64,000 bases of DNA, taken from the NCBI GenBank assembly GCA_963727775.1, contig CAVSHB010000003.1, forward strand, positions 320,001 to 384,000, read 5' to 3'. Under the pieces are notes generated by a model. That model was not told the origin of the DNA. It searched no databases and worked only from the letters and a program-made list of their open reading frames with translations. Positions 29,827 through 39,777 of the stretch are shown piece after piece. The DNA is from an uncultured Nitrospiraceae bacterium (GTDB lineage: Bacteria; Nitrospirota; Thermodesulfovibrionia; Thermodesulfovibrionales; SM23-35). The position numbers and the translations under genes are program-made. Every line of letters starts with the position of its first letter. Positions within the stretch are counted from its first letter, which is position 1.

Positions 29827-30987
29827 TTACGGAAAAGTTGTTTTGACTCTCCTCCCTCTCATTTTTTTCTTTAATTTTGCAATTGCCAATTCAACCGCGA
29901 CTTTCCGTGGATTACAATTGCATTTCAGACTATCTTTCAAAATCATTCTCACATTGTGCGTAATTTTTCTTCTCACGAGATCAAACATCATTTGAGGGTT
30001 GTAACCTATGTATTCCGCGTAAGAAGAGAGTACGCCGCCGGCATTTACCACGATATCAGGCACAACGAGGATTCCTCTCCTAAAAAGTTCTTCTTCTATT
30101 TCTTCCCGCATCGGTATATTCGCTCCTTCAACAATGATCCCGGCCTTTATTGAGTTTTTATTCCCATCATTTATAACGTCCGTTACTGAAGCGGGTATCA
30201 GGATATCAACGGGCAAACCAAAAATGTCATCATGCTTCAATTTTTCCCCACCGGAATAGGAAGTTACAAACTTGCCTTCTTCCCTTAATACGGTCAGCTT
30301 TCCCTCGTCTAATCCTTTTTCGTGATAAACTGTGCCTTTGATATCGGACACGGCAACGATGTGAGCGCCGAGTTGTCTCAGATATTTAAAAACAAAGCTT
30401 CCCACGTTGCCGAATCCTTCTATCGCCACTTTTGCTTTTTTGATATCCACTCCCGATATCTCGGCTGCAGCTTTTACCGCATGGGCAACACCGAGACCCG
30501 TGCTTCCGAACTCATGAGGTATGCCGCACTTCTTCTCTGAACGCCTGAAGCTTTTCATACACAGATCAGCCGGCTTACCCGTCGCGCTCTGCCAATTTCC
30601 CGCAGCTTCTGCAAACCATTTCATCTCTTTCTCTCCGGTGTTGACATCAGGGCCTGCAACATATTTTAGAGGAGTAAACATCTTGATCGCCCTCGCAAAA
30701 CTCTGGATCAATTCCTTCTTATCTTTTCCGCTCCCGGGATCGTACCTTATGCCTGATTTTGCCCCGCCAAAGGGAATGTCCACCAGGACATTCTTCCACG
30801 TCATTGCCCTTGCAAGGCGGAAAACTTCCTCTTCCGTAATATCCGGTGTCATTCTGATTCCACCTTTGCCGGGGCCTGATACAGTATTATCGATAATCAG
30901 AATTCCCTCCATCCCGACTATAGAATCATAGACCCTCAGCACATATTCCGGGCCCCAATTATCGGCCATCAAGAAATTATGAATCAT
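29827..30987 (-). CDS. Glu/Leu/Phe/Val dehydrogenase
   Basis: GPGKGGIR, MTWK, PFGGAK, GPDVNT, GFGNVG, EGAN and PDIVVNAGGV. Confidence 0.93.
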   Translation of the reverse strand: MIHNFLMADNWGPEYVLRVYDSIVGMEGILIIDNTVSGPGKGGIRMTPDITEEEVFRLARAMTWKNVLVDIPFGGAKSGIRYDPGSGKDKKELIQSFARAIKMFTPLKYVAGPDVNTGEKEMKWFAEAAGNWQSATGKPADLCMKSFRRSEKKCGIPHEFGSTGLGVAHAVKAAAEISGVDIKKAKVAIEGFGNVGSFVFKYLRQLGAHIVAVSDIKGTVYHEKGLDEGKLTVLREEGKFVTSYSGGEKLKHDDIFGLPVDILIPASVTDVINDGNKNSIKAGIIVEGANIPMREEIEEELFRRGILVVPDIVVNAGGVLSSYAEYIGYNPQMMFDLVRRKITHNVRMILKDSLKCNCNPRKVAVELAIAKLKKKMRGRRVKTTFP

Positions 30988-31703
30988 GAGATGCCCCTTT
31001 GTTTTATTAACTGCATCTTTGCATCGAGTATCATTGCACCCCGAGGATAGAGCGCCACCGGATTCAGATCTATCTCGGCTATCAGGCCGCTGGCCATCAA
31101 TTCTGAAACCAGAACGATAATTCGCAATAGGACATCAAGATCCAGCGCCGGCCTGCCCCTGTAACCCTCAAAAAGCTTAAACGCCTTGAAACGTCTTACG
31201 AAACTCAGGGCTTCTTCCTTCGTTAAAGGGGCGAGCGCAAAAAGAACGTCCCTAAAGAATTCGACGAAAAGGCCGCCCAGCCCCAGCATCACAACAGGTC
31301 CGAATTGCTCATCAAGCATACCCCCAACGATCAGTTCAAGTCCCGAAGGGGCCATCTCCTCTATGTAAACTCCCTCTGCGTTCTCAAACCGGAGCAGTTC
31401 AATAATTGCATCCTTGAGTTCATGCTTGCTACGGAGGCCGACCTTCACTCCTCCTATGTCACTTTTTGATACTATTTTTGCTGAGGATACCTTAGCGACA
31501 AGCGGGTAAATAATATCCGGCAGATCAGGCATTCCTGCCGCCTGGTCCCTCGGCACAATTATTCCTTTGGGAATAGGAAGGCCAAGTTCTTTCAGCAAAG
31601 CTTTCACCTTGTATTCGACGAGGAATTCTTCCCCCTTATTCTTTCCAAGGAATTCTTTAAGTGCTTCAAAGGCGGCACCTTTCTCTATCACGCCGGGCAT
31701 CAT
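30984..31703 (-). CDS. Acyl-CoA synthetase (ADP-forming) beta subunit, ATP-grasp
   Basis: YPLVAKV, KSDIGGV, ELIVG..DEQFGPVVMLGLGG and EIDLNP. Confidence 0.9.
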   Translation of the reverse strand: MMPGVIEKGAAFEALKEFLGKNKGEEFLVEYKVKALLKELGLPIPKGIIVPRDQAAGMPDLPDIIYPLVAKVSSAKIVSKSDIGGVKVGLRSKHELKDAIIELLRFENAEGVYIEEMAPSGLELIVGGMLDEQFGPVVMLGLGGLFVEFFRDVLFALAPLTKEEALSFVRRFKAFKLFEGYRGRPALDLDVLLRIIVLVSELMASGLIAEIDLNPVALYPRGAMILDAKMQLIKQRGIS

Positions 31704-31753
31704 AACCCCACCCTTCCTCCCCTTATCTTAAGGGGAGGGGAGGAGGGGTTATG
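31701..31753. repeat. REP-like intergenic palindrome
   Basis: CATAACCCC..CCTCCCCTTA-TCT-TAAGGGGAGG..GGGGTTATG. Confidence 0.65.
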
Positions 31754-31823
31754 TCTTCCGTCACGCGCACCAGAATTAAACCCTGTCGATTTACATGATT
31801 TGTCAACATGTTTGCCTCCTTCC

Positions 31824-33170
31824 TCACACGACATTTGGATTGAGCAACCTTCTTAATCCCCTCGCCGCACACTCCGGCGAAGAGAAAGCAGGTATTTTTG
31901 CCTTCTCAACAATGCCGATCAGTTTCCCTGATTCGCTGCTGCACGACGTATGAAATACCATCGGCTTGTCGGTCTTCTCTTTGAAACTCCTCAGGAGTTT
32001 GCCCACTCTTGCCGTGATCCCGACAACGCCTGTCAGGGCTATGATAAGAAAGCCGTCGTAATCATCCTTCAACTCCTCGAGCGCGGTGAGATAATCCTCG
32101 TCTTTCACCTGTGCCGTGAGATCAAGAGGATTGTTCACGCCGTAGAAGTAGGGAAAAGCCTGCTTGAGCCTTACCTTCTTTTGCTCGGGAAGCTGCGGTA
32201 TCTCCAGCCCCTGCCTGAGACACTCGTCAGCTGCGAGGACACCTGAACCGCCTCCGTTCGTCACGATCAGGACGCGATTGCCGCTGACAGGTTTTTGATA
32301 AGAAAGCGCCTTCACCGTATCGATAAGATCGTCGAAGTCACGGGCTTCTTTGATCCCGTACTGTTCAAGCATGGACCTGAAAACTTCATACCTTCCCGCG
32401 AGTCTGCCGGTATGGGAATATGCTGCGATTCGGCCTCCGGAACGTTTTCCCGCTTTAAGAATAACGAGGTGTTTCTTCTCTGAGAGTTGTTTCGCCTTCT
32501 TGAGAAATTCTCTGCCGTTGCCCACTGACTCGATATAAGAGATGACGACGTCCGTCTTCCTATCGCTCATATAGTATTCGTAAAGGTCCGTCTCATCGAT
32601 ATCAATGGCATTCCCATATGTGACAGCGCTGGAGACTCCCATATTGGAGTCCCGCATGGTCCCGAATAGACAATGCATGATAGCCCCGCTTTGGGACACA
32701 ATCGCCACATTGCCTTTTTTAGGTCTTGCCACTCTGTCGGGGGAAAGAAAGAATGTATCAAAGCTCCTGTAAGGGTTGAAGATACCCATGCAGTTCGGAC
32801 CGAGCATTCTGAGACCGAGCTTTGTCCCCAGATGTCTGATCTCCTCTTGCAGTTCTCCCTCTCCGATCTCGGCAAAGCCCGAGCTCATAATCACTACACC
32901 CTTTGCCCTGCCTTCGTGTTCCTTAAGGAGATCGACTATTTCCGGAGCAGGCCTCAGAATCAACGAGAGGTCGACAAACTCCGGCACTTCTTTAATGGAC
33001 GGATACGTCTTTAATCCCATTAAGTTGTTGTATTTGGGATTTACGGGATAGACCTTCCCCTTGAATCTGAGCAGGTTTTTGAGGACTATTCCCCCCAGCT
33101 TCTCTTCGGCATGGGAAGCCCCTATCAAAGCCACCGTTTTCGGATTGAAAAGAAAGTTCAGATGGCTCAT
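31824..33170 (-). CDS. Acyl-CoA synthetase (ADP-forming) alpha subunit, CoA-binding
   Basis: VALIGAS, YPVNP, GPNCMG, SQSGA, SHTG (phospho-His), TNGGG and NPLDLT. Confidence 0.92.
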   Translation of the reverse strand: MSHLNFLFNPKTVALIGASHAEEKLGGIVLKNLLRFKGKVYPVNPKYNNLMGLKTYPSIKEVPEFVDLSLILRPAPEIVDLLKEHEGRAKGVVIMSSGFAEIGEGELQEEIRHLGTKLGLRMLGPNCMGIFNPYRSFDTFFLSPDRVARPKKGNVAIVSQSGAIMHCLFGTMRDSNMGVSSAVTYGNAIDIDETDLYEYYMSDRKTDVVISYIESVGNGREFLKKAKQLSEKKHLVILKAGKRSGGRIAAYSHTGRLAGRYEVFRSMLEQYGIKEARDFDDLIDTVKALSYQKPVSGNRVLIVTNGGGSGVLAADECLRQGLEIPQLPEQKKVRLKQAFPYFYGVNNPLDLTAQVKDEDYLTALEELKDDYDGFLIIALTGVVGITARVGKLLRSFKEKTDKPMVFHTSCSSESGKLIGIVEKAKIPAFSSPECAARGLRRLLNPNVV

Positions 33171-33200
33171 GTGCGGTAATCCTTCGCCGGAGCGTCGCCG

Positions 33201-33314
33201 ATGCGGCGGGTATAGTATTTTCGCGGATTTAAATTCTGTGCAGATTCATCGGAACAGAATTTACCTCGGAGGGCGATAGCCCGAGAATGAGCGACAATAC
33301 TTTGTCTGTCGCGT
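33201..33314 (+). repeat. Structured dispersed element, copy B (candidate ncRNA)
   Basis: Same conserved core as the other copies; closing stem with several G-U pairs; antisense to the surrounding operon. Confidence 0.85.
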
Positions 33315-33330
33315 TTCACTGAAGCGTTAC

Positions 33331-34512
33331 TCATGTGCTCTCTATAAACAGCAGTCCCGGATCTTCGAGATACCTGACTATTTTAGATATAAACTTGGTG
33401 GCATCGACGCCGTCGGTCACCCTGTGGTCAAAAGTCAACGAGAGCGGAAGGATTCTTCTGATGGCGATCTTTCCATCCACCACCCAGGGTTTCTCGGAAA
33501 TCTTTCCCGTGCCGAGGATTGCAACATCCGGGTAGTCGATTATCGGCGTCGCAAACCCTCCCCCGAAGGCGCCATAATTCGTAATGCTGAATGTGCTTCC
33601 TCTCATTTCTTCGAGCTTGATCTTTCTCTCCCTCGCCTTCTTGCTCAAATTCTGGATCTCCTCCGCCAGTTCCAGGATAGATTTTTTGTCGACATTCGTT
33701 ACAACGGGCACCATAAGGCCGTCGGGTGTGTCCACTGCAATGCCGAAATTAAAGTATTTCTTGACTACGATCTCCTCTTTTTCCTCATCCACCGAAGCAT
33801 TCAGAAGCTGATGCTCCCGCAATGCATGCTGGGCCGCCTTAATAAAGAAAGGCATGAAGGTCAGATGGATGTTTTTTTCAAGCAGCGATTTCTTCTCCCT
33901 CTCCCTTACCGACCAAAGCTCGGTGACATCGGCCTCTTCCATGGCGGTAACAAAGGCAGTTGTCCTCTGGGAGGTGATGAGATTTTTTGCGATAGTTCTT
34001 CTAATCCCCCTGATAGGAATTCTCTCAATTCCTCCGTATTGGTCCGGGGCCTCTTTACTCCTCGGTTTTTCAGAGACTTTCAGCACGTCCGTTGTCGTGA
34101 TGCTTCCTCCAGGGCCGGAACCCTCGACTGTCTTCAGGTCTATGCCGGACTCCTTTGCGAGGGCCCTCACGGCAGGCGTTGCGAGCACTTCTTCTCCCGC
34201 TTCAGGCAGAACGCCGATGACGGTCACCGACTTGGGACGCTCCTCCGCTTTCGGTTTTTCTTCCGCGGCTTCGCCCATTGCGAGGATTGTCATCAGAGTC
34301 TCTCCGACCTTTGCGATCTCGCCTTCCTGTTTCCCGATCTTAATGACCGTTCCTTTTTTGGGGGACGGCACTTCGACAACCGCCTTATCGGTTTCAACTT
34401 CAAGGACCGTCTGGTGTTCTTCCACGGCGTCGCCTTCCTTTACAAGCCAGGCCCGTATCTCGCCTTCGACTATCCCTTCTCCTAAATCGGGCAATACAAA
34501 TTCATAGGGCAT
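33331..34512 (-). CDS. 2-oxoacid dehydrogenase E2, dihydrolipoamide acyltransferase
   Basis: Single lipoyl domain (VETDKA), E3-binding ATPAVRALA, catalytic DHRVTDG. Confidence 0.95.
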   Translation of the reverse strand: MPYEFVLPDLGEGIVEGEIRAWLVKEGDAVEEHQTVLEVETDKAVVEVPSPKKGTVIKIGKQEGEIAKVGETLMTILAMGEAAEEKPKAEERPKSVTVIGVLPEAGEEVLATPAVRALAKESGIDLKTVEGSGPGGSITTTDVLKVSEKPRSKEAPDQYGGIERIPIRGIRRTIAKNLITSQRTTAFVTAMEEADVTELWSVREREKKSLLEKNIHLTFMPFFIKAAQHALREHQLLNASVDEEKEEIVVKKYFNFGIAVDTPDGLMVPVVTNVDKKSILELAEEIQNLSKKARERKIKLEEMRGSTFSITNYGAFGGGFATPIIDYPDVAILGTGKISEKPWVVDGKIAIRRILPLSLTFDHRVTDGVDATKFISKIVRYLEDPGLLFIEST

Positions 34513-34528
34513 ATTTTTACTCCTTTAT

Positions 34529-35488
34529 CTAATATTTCAATACCTCATTGACGGCTTTTTGTATCCTTTCCACGTTCGGCAAATAGTGGTCTTCGAGCTT
34601 CGGAAGGGGCATCACGATGTCATAGCCGGTGACCCTCATGATCGGGGCTTTGAGATAGAGCATAGTTTCCTCCGCGAGTGACGCGGCGAGTTCCGCGCCC
34701 AGACCGCATGTCTTGGGAGCTTCATGCACGATTACCACCCTTCCGGTTTTTTTCACGGAATTATAGATGGTCTCTTCATCAAAGGGATGAAGAGTCATAA
34801 GATCAATAATTTCCGACTCAGGGCCCACCGCCTCAAGAACTCTGTGGAGCATGCTTCCCCAGGCGATAACGGTCACATCTTTTCCCTCCTGGACCACCCT
34901 GGCCTTACCGAGCTCAATTAAATACTCTCCCTCGGGGACCTCCTCTTTTATCAGACGGTAAAGCCTTGTCGGTTCCAGAAAAATGACGGGACCGGGGTCT
35001 CTGATCGATGCCGTCAACAGTCCCTTCGCATAATAAGGTGAGGGAGGCACAACCACCTTCAGGCCCGGCATATGACAAAAGAATGCCTCAGTGCTGTCCG
35101 AATGGTGCTCCAATGCCTTCACCCCCGCGCCGTATGGCGTTCTGATAACTAAGGGGCAGGTATATCTTCCGCGTGATCGGGAAAGGATCTTTGTCGCGTG
35201 GCTGAAGATATGATCAATTGCAGGATAGATAAAGCCCATGAACTGGATCTCCGCCACAGGCCTCAGTCCATAAACGGCCATTCCGATGGCAGCGCCGACG
35301 ATCGCCGATTCCGATAAAGGGGTATCGACAACACGTTCCTCACCGAATTTTTCGAGCAGTCCGTCGGTAGTCCTGAATACGCCGCCATCTTTGCCCACAT
35401 CCTCCCCGAGAACGACTACACTCCGGTCACGCTCCATCTCTTCCCTGAGGGCAAGGGTTATCGCCTGGACCATATTCATTTTCGCCAT
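34529..35488 (-). CDS. 2-oxoacid dehydrogenase E1 beta subunit
   Basis: LGEDVG..GGVFR, DTPLSE, AEIQF, EHHS and KKTGRVVIVHEA. Confidence 0.95.
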   Translation of the reverse strand: MAKMNMVQAITLALREEMERDRSVVVLGEDVGKDGGVFRTTDGLLEKFGEERVVDTPLSESAIVGAAIGMAVYGLRPVAEIQFMGFIYPAIDHIFSHATKILSRSRGRYTCPLVIRTPYGAGVKALEHHSDSTEAFFCHMPGLKVVVPPSPYYAKGLLTASIRDPGPVIFLEPTRLYRLIKEEVPEGEYLIELGKARVVQEGKDVTVIAWGSMLHRVLEAVGPESEIIDLMTLHPFDEETIYNSVKKTGRVVIVHEAPKTCGLGAELAASLAEETMLYLKAPIMRVTGYDIVMPLPKLEDHYLPNVERIQKAVNEVLKY

Positions 35489-35489
35489 A

Positions 35490-36545
35490 TTAAAAACCCT
35501 CCATCTGTTTAAGCTGCCTTTGTGAAAGAGTTTTGTATGTATAGAGGAATATCTCTCGCGGAGAAGCCGGTTCTACAGATTCCATCTTTTTTATTTCATC
35601 TTCGATAGTCTTCTTTAAATTTTCTTCGGTTTCTCTCTGCAGCTGCTCGTTCCAGAGTCCTTTTCTTTCCATGAAAAGTCTCATCCTCAGGATCGGGTCC
35701 TTATCTTTCCATTTTTCCACTTCCTCTTTCGGCCTGTATCTCTCCGCGTCGTCGGCTGTCGTATGGTCTGTCATCCTATAGGTAAAACACTCGATAAAAG
35801 TCGGCCCTTTCCCTTCTTTTGCTTTTTTGACGGCATCCTGCGTGCTCTTGAAGACCGCGAAAATATCGTTTCCGTCCACCTGGATCCCTTCGAAGCCATA
35901 GGCAATGGCCTTCTGGGCAAGGGTTTGCGAGGCCGTCTGCCTTTCCCGGGGCACCGAGATGGCCCACTGGTTGTTCTCACATATGGCGACTACCGGCAGC
36001 CTGAAAACTCCCGCCATATTAAGACCTTCATGGAAGTCACCCTTCGAAGTGCCCCCGTCGCCGAAATAGGTGATAACAGCGATTGCTTCCTTTTTCAGCT
36101 TAGCTCCCATGGCTGCGCCCGCTGCATGGGGCACGTGGGTCCCGACCGGTATACAGAAAGGGAAAATATTTAAATCATCCGGAATTTTGAGCCCTCTTTC
36201 GTCTCCTGACCAGTACTGTAGGAGCAAGTGCAGCGGATATCCCATTGCCAGATACACTCCGAGTTCTCTGTATGTTGGGAAAACCCAATCGGACTTTCCT
36301 ATCGCAAAGGCGCTTCCCACCTGTGCAGCTTCCTGCCCGAACACGGGCGGATAGGTGCCGATACGGCCTTCTCTTTGAAGGCTCAGGGCATACTGGTCCG
36401 ACAACCTCGTGAAGAGGAGCATCCGGTACATTTCTGTTATCTGTTCGTCTTTCAGAGGCGGCATAAGTAACTCGTCAATACCGCCCTTCTCGTCAAGTAT
36501 ACTCAAATGCTTCACACTAAAATCAGCAATCACTCTTTCAGGCAT
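35490..36545 (-). CDS. 2-oxoacid (pyruvate/branched-chain) dehydrogenase E1 alpha subunit
   Basis: GQEAAQVG, ThDP motif GDGGTSKGDFHEGLN...NNQWAIS and HTTADD. Confidence 0.95.
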   Translation of the reverse strand: MPERVIADFSVKHLSILDEKGGIDELLMPPLKDEQITEMYRMLLFTRLSDQYALSLQREGRIGTYPPVFGQEAAQVGSAFAIGKSDWVFPTYRELGVYLAMGYPLHLLLQYWSGDERGLKIPDDLNIFPFCIPVGTHVPHAAGAAMGAKLKKEAIAVITYFGDGGTSKGDFHEGLNMAGVFRLPVVAICENNQWAISVPRERQTASQTLAQKAIAYGFEGIQVDGNDIFAVFKSTQDAVKKAKEGKGPTFIECFTYRMTDHTTADDAERYRPKEEVEKWKDKDPILRMRLFMERKGLWNEQLQRETEENLKKTIEDEIKKMESVEPASPREIFLYTYKTLSQRQLKQMEGF

Positions 36546-36666
36546 AGGTCCTCCCCAAAATATGTATTATTACGGATACCTCCAAATTTTCCCGCCGCTT
36601 TTAGATCTTGATTAAACAATAATATGTTTATACGCCTTCGTCAATTCCTTATGCTAAAATTCAATT

Positions 36667-37008
36667 ATGCGTGAGGAAAAAACGAGACTTGTTTATTCGA
36701 CTGATACTGCAATTCCGCGCAAAAAGAATACCGCAGAGGAAGCACCTCAAGAAACAAATCAACCTTCCCGGCAGAAGGTCTATGTCCGTCTTGACAGGAA
36801 AGGCAGGGGCGGAAAGACCGTTACAGTCATCGAAGGTCTCCAGATGCAGCGGAGGGAAATAGAGGAACTGCTCAGGGAACTGAAGGCGAAGCTCGGCACG
36901 GGTGGTACAATTAAGTATCCCTCTCTCGAAATTCAGGGTGACCATCGGGACATGGTAATGTCAGCATTGAAGGGGATGGGCTTCGCGCCAAAGCGCTCAG
37001 GCGGCTGA
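36667..37008 (+). CDS. yciH: SUI1/YciH translation initiation factor family
   Basis: LVYSTD, RKGRGGKTVT, LGTGGT and EIQGDHR. Confidence 0.92.
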   Translation: MREEKTRLVYSTDTAIPRKKNTAEEAPQETNQPSRQKVYVRLDRKGRGGKTVTVIEGLQMQRREIEELLRELKAKLGTGGTIKYPSLEIQGDHRDMVMSALKGMGFAPKRSGG

Positions 37009-37423
37009 GGTCAATTACATGCTATTTGTTTTTCAACATTAGGGCTCTGAAATGAAATTTCCACTGCTCCCCTGAAATGCTCGTCCTATATGCAAATATG
37101 TTATGCTCAAACATGAATTGTAAAGCATTAAAGCATAAGATCAATAATGTTAGAAGACCTTCCGCAGTTGAATGATGATGGACTATTGATCCCTGAAGTT
37201 GGATCTTGGGCAGAGCGTAAATATCGGATACTTTGGAACTATGCAAAAATGTTTACAACAGGCACGAAAAATAAATGGCATGAACGAATATACATTGATT
37301 TATATGCTGGCGCTGGTTTTGCGAGAATTAGAGAGAGTTCGATTATAGTTCCTGCATCACCACTGCTTGCACTTGATATCCCAGATAAATTTGATAAATA
37401 TATTTTTTGTGAGCAAGAGGAAG

Positions 37424-37996
37424 TGAAGAACCCTGCGGCAGAGACCGCAGGGCGTCAGAAGTCAAACAACCTCAACTGCCCAACATCCTTCTCTCTGCCT
37501 TGGTTCTTTATGTATTTCTCAATCACTCCTTTATTCCCTTTACCGCTGATCGTTGCTATGTAGTACCCATCTGTCCAGAACTCACCACCCCAAAGTTCTT
37601 TTTTTACCTCGGGGGCCTCTTCATATACTCTTTTCCCACTTATACTCTTTATTATCTTGATCACCTCCCCCCCAGAATACTTCGATAAATATCGACACAG
37701 AATATGCACATGGTTTCGATCAAATCCAACTGTATTGATCTCTATCGCATACCTTTCTTTCAATCCTTTCAGCGCTCCAACTATAGCCCCTTCTACTTCT
37801 TTACTCAAAAGTGACTTGCGGTATTTCACCGTTATTTGAATGTGATAGTAACACTCCGATATATTGTGATACCATCGCCATATATCGTCGTCAAGAGTTA
37901 CCATCGTCTCTTTATTCTATCAGTCTACAGGTCTTTCCCTCCATTTACTCTACATACATCGGATCCTGCGGCAGAGACCGCAGGGTGTATCAATTA
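37424..37996 (-). mobile_element. IS200/IS605-family element (tnpA only)
   Basis: Directly repeated hairpins CCTGCGGCAGAGACCGCAGG at both ends; right end TTCA, left end after TTAA; no TSD. Confidence 0.9.
37455..37904 (-). CDS. tnpA: IS200-family Y1 transposase
   Basis: YHIQITVKYRK, HVH, LWGGEFWTDGYY and KYIKNQ. Confidence 0.95.
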   Translation of the reverse strand: MVTLDDDIWRWYHNISECYYHIQITVKYRKSLLSKEVEGAIVGALKGLKERYAIEINTVGFDRNHVHILCRYLSKYSGGEVIKIIKSISGKRVYEEAPEVKKELWGGEFWTDGYYIATISGKGNKGVIEKYIKNQGREKDVGQLRLFDF

Positions 37997-38596
37997 TTAA
38001 ACTTGAAGCCTTAAAGCAAAGAATAAGATTGAAGCACTCTGATGTAAATACAATATATATCCACGGCGATGTAACAGAAAACATTGATAGAATTATCTCA
38101 GCGGTGTCAAAGCACAGTCCGTCGCATAAGGTTCTTTCATTCTGCTTTATAGATCCGTATAAAATAGATAATTTTAATTTTCAGATAATACAAAAGCTCT
38201 CATGTAAATATGTTGATTTTTTGATTCTTATTCCATCTTATATGGACGCGCATAGAAATGTGGTCAAGTATTCTGAAGATACGCACGTTTCTGTAGAGGA
38301 TTTTACGGGCGTTAAAAACTGGAAAGAGCTATGGGGCATTGAAAAACAAAGAGGAACGGACTTTGGAGTATTTTTACCTGAGTTGTTTTGCAAATCCATG
38401 GAAAACTTAGAGTATATTTCTACTGGAGTAAGCAATACAATTTTAATACGCTCAGACAAGAAAAATCTTCCTCTTTACCATCTTGCTTTTTTCAGCAGAC
38501 ATTCCTTAGGCATAAAGTACTGGAAAGAGGCTCTTAAATATAGTTCAGACCAAAGAGAGCTTTTTTAATGACTTTTATTTGATTATAATAAAACAA

Positions 38597-39331
38597 ATGG
38601 CACAGACATCAAAGATAGAATGGACTGAGACAACATGGAACCCTGTCACTGGTTGTACGAAAATCAGCGAAGGCTGCCTAAATTGCTATGCTGAGAGAAT
38701 GGCAAATCGTCTATATGCAATGGATAATCCACGGTATAAAAATGGCTTCCGTCTTACTTTGCATCCTGATCTTATTGAAATACCGCTAAAGTGGAAAAAA
38801 ACGCGGCTTATTTTCGTAAACTCCATGAGTGATCTATTTCATAAAGATGTGCCCTTTTCTTTTATTGATCAGATATTCCGCACAATGGAAAAAGCTCACT
38901 GGCATACCTTTCAGATTGTTACCAAGCGGTCTGAAAGACTTCTTGAATTATCTTCTAAACTCAACTGGCCATCAAATATTTGGATGGGGGTAACTGTTGA
39001 ATCGGATAGGTATTTAAAAAGAATAAATGACCTCAGCAAGGTGCCATGTATGGTCAAGTTTCTTTCTATGGAGCCGCTCTTGTCAGATTTTCCAGCACTT
39101 CCTATTGCTGGAATGGACTGGGTTATTGTAGGCGGGGAATCCGGACCCAGAAGCAGGCCGATGCAGAAGAGCTGGGTTAGAAATATACGAGAACACTGTC
39201 TATCGAGAAATGTTCCTTTCTTTTTCAAACAATGGGGTGGAGTTAATAAGAAGAAAAATGGTAGAGTGCTGGATGGCAGAATGTGGGGTGAAATGCCTGA
39301 ACCAGTACACCAAAGTAATGCTACCCTTTAA
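38597..39331 (+). CDS. DUF5131 / phage Gp37-Gp68-like protein (three-Cys motif)
   Basis: [45 protein letters not shown] and FFFKQWGG. Confidence 0.92.
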   Translation: MAQTSKIEWTETTWNPVTGCTKISEGCLNCYAERMANRLYAMDNPRYKNGFRLTLHPDLIEIPLKWKKTRLIFVNSMSDLFHKDVPFSFIDQIFRTMEKAHWHTFQIVTKRSERLLELSSKLNWPSNIWMGVTVESDRYLKRINDLSKVPCMVKFLSMEPLLSDFPALPIAGMDWVIVGGESGPRSRPMQKSWVRNIREHCLSRNVPFFFKQWGGVNKKKNGRVLDGRMWGEMPEPVHQSNATL

Positions 39332-39777
39332 TGTTTTCTGTTGTTAATTAGTAATTCACTCACGCCTCTATCCTTTAACTTTGAGGGAGATGTTACCTTC
39401 TCAATAACTTCTTGAAACATGCATCTGAGCTATGACCCTTTGGTCTGTCAGTTGCGTCCTAAAATCAACAAGAAATTACTAGTGCTCGGAATCTTCTTCG
39501 CATTCTCCCTCCTTTAGGTAGCTTCGTATCTACTGATAGCTGCGCATTTGTTATGGTTGGGAAAACTTTTCATGGATTGGAGATTACCCTCAAAATCCCT
39601 CCTTTTCATTGAAAGCCATTATAGCCATAACAAGCGTATTTAGTAAAACATAAGGGCTTTGCAAACTTTCGAATAAGCGTCAGTCCGCTGCGGCAGTTGC
39701 GGACTAACGCATATTCGTTACCCGCACCCGACCTCGAAGATAATGCCTTCCGAACTATTCGATTGATTCCCGTGGCC

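Larger units (their letters stand above)
37147..38568 (+). pseudogene. tcmP: Three-Cys-motif partner protein (TcmP-like) interrupted by IS200
   Basis: VGSWAERK, YIDLYAGAG, SPLLAL | FCFIDPY...PLYHLAFFSRH; 37147-37423 + 37997-38568 join in frame (282 aa). Confidence 0.82.

Noticed and set aside
33424..34507. Long antisense ORFs (353 aa and 217 aa) and similar shadow ORFs elsewhere
   Set aside because: They lie opposite well-supported genes and have no recognisable motifs.
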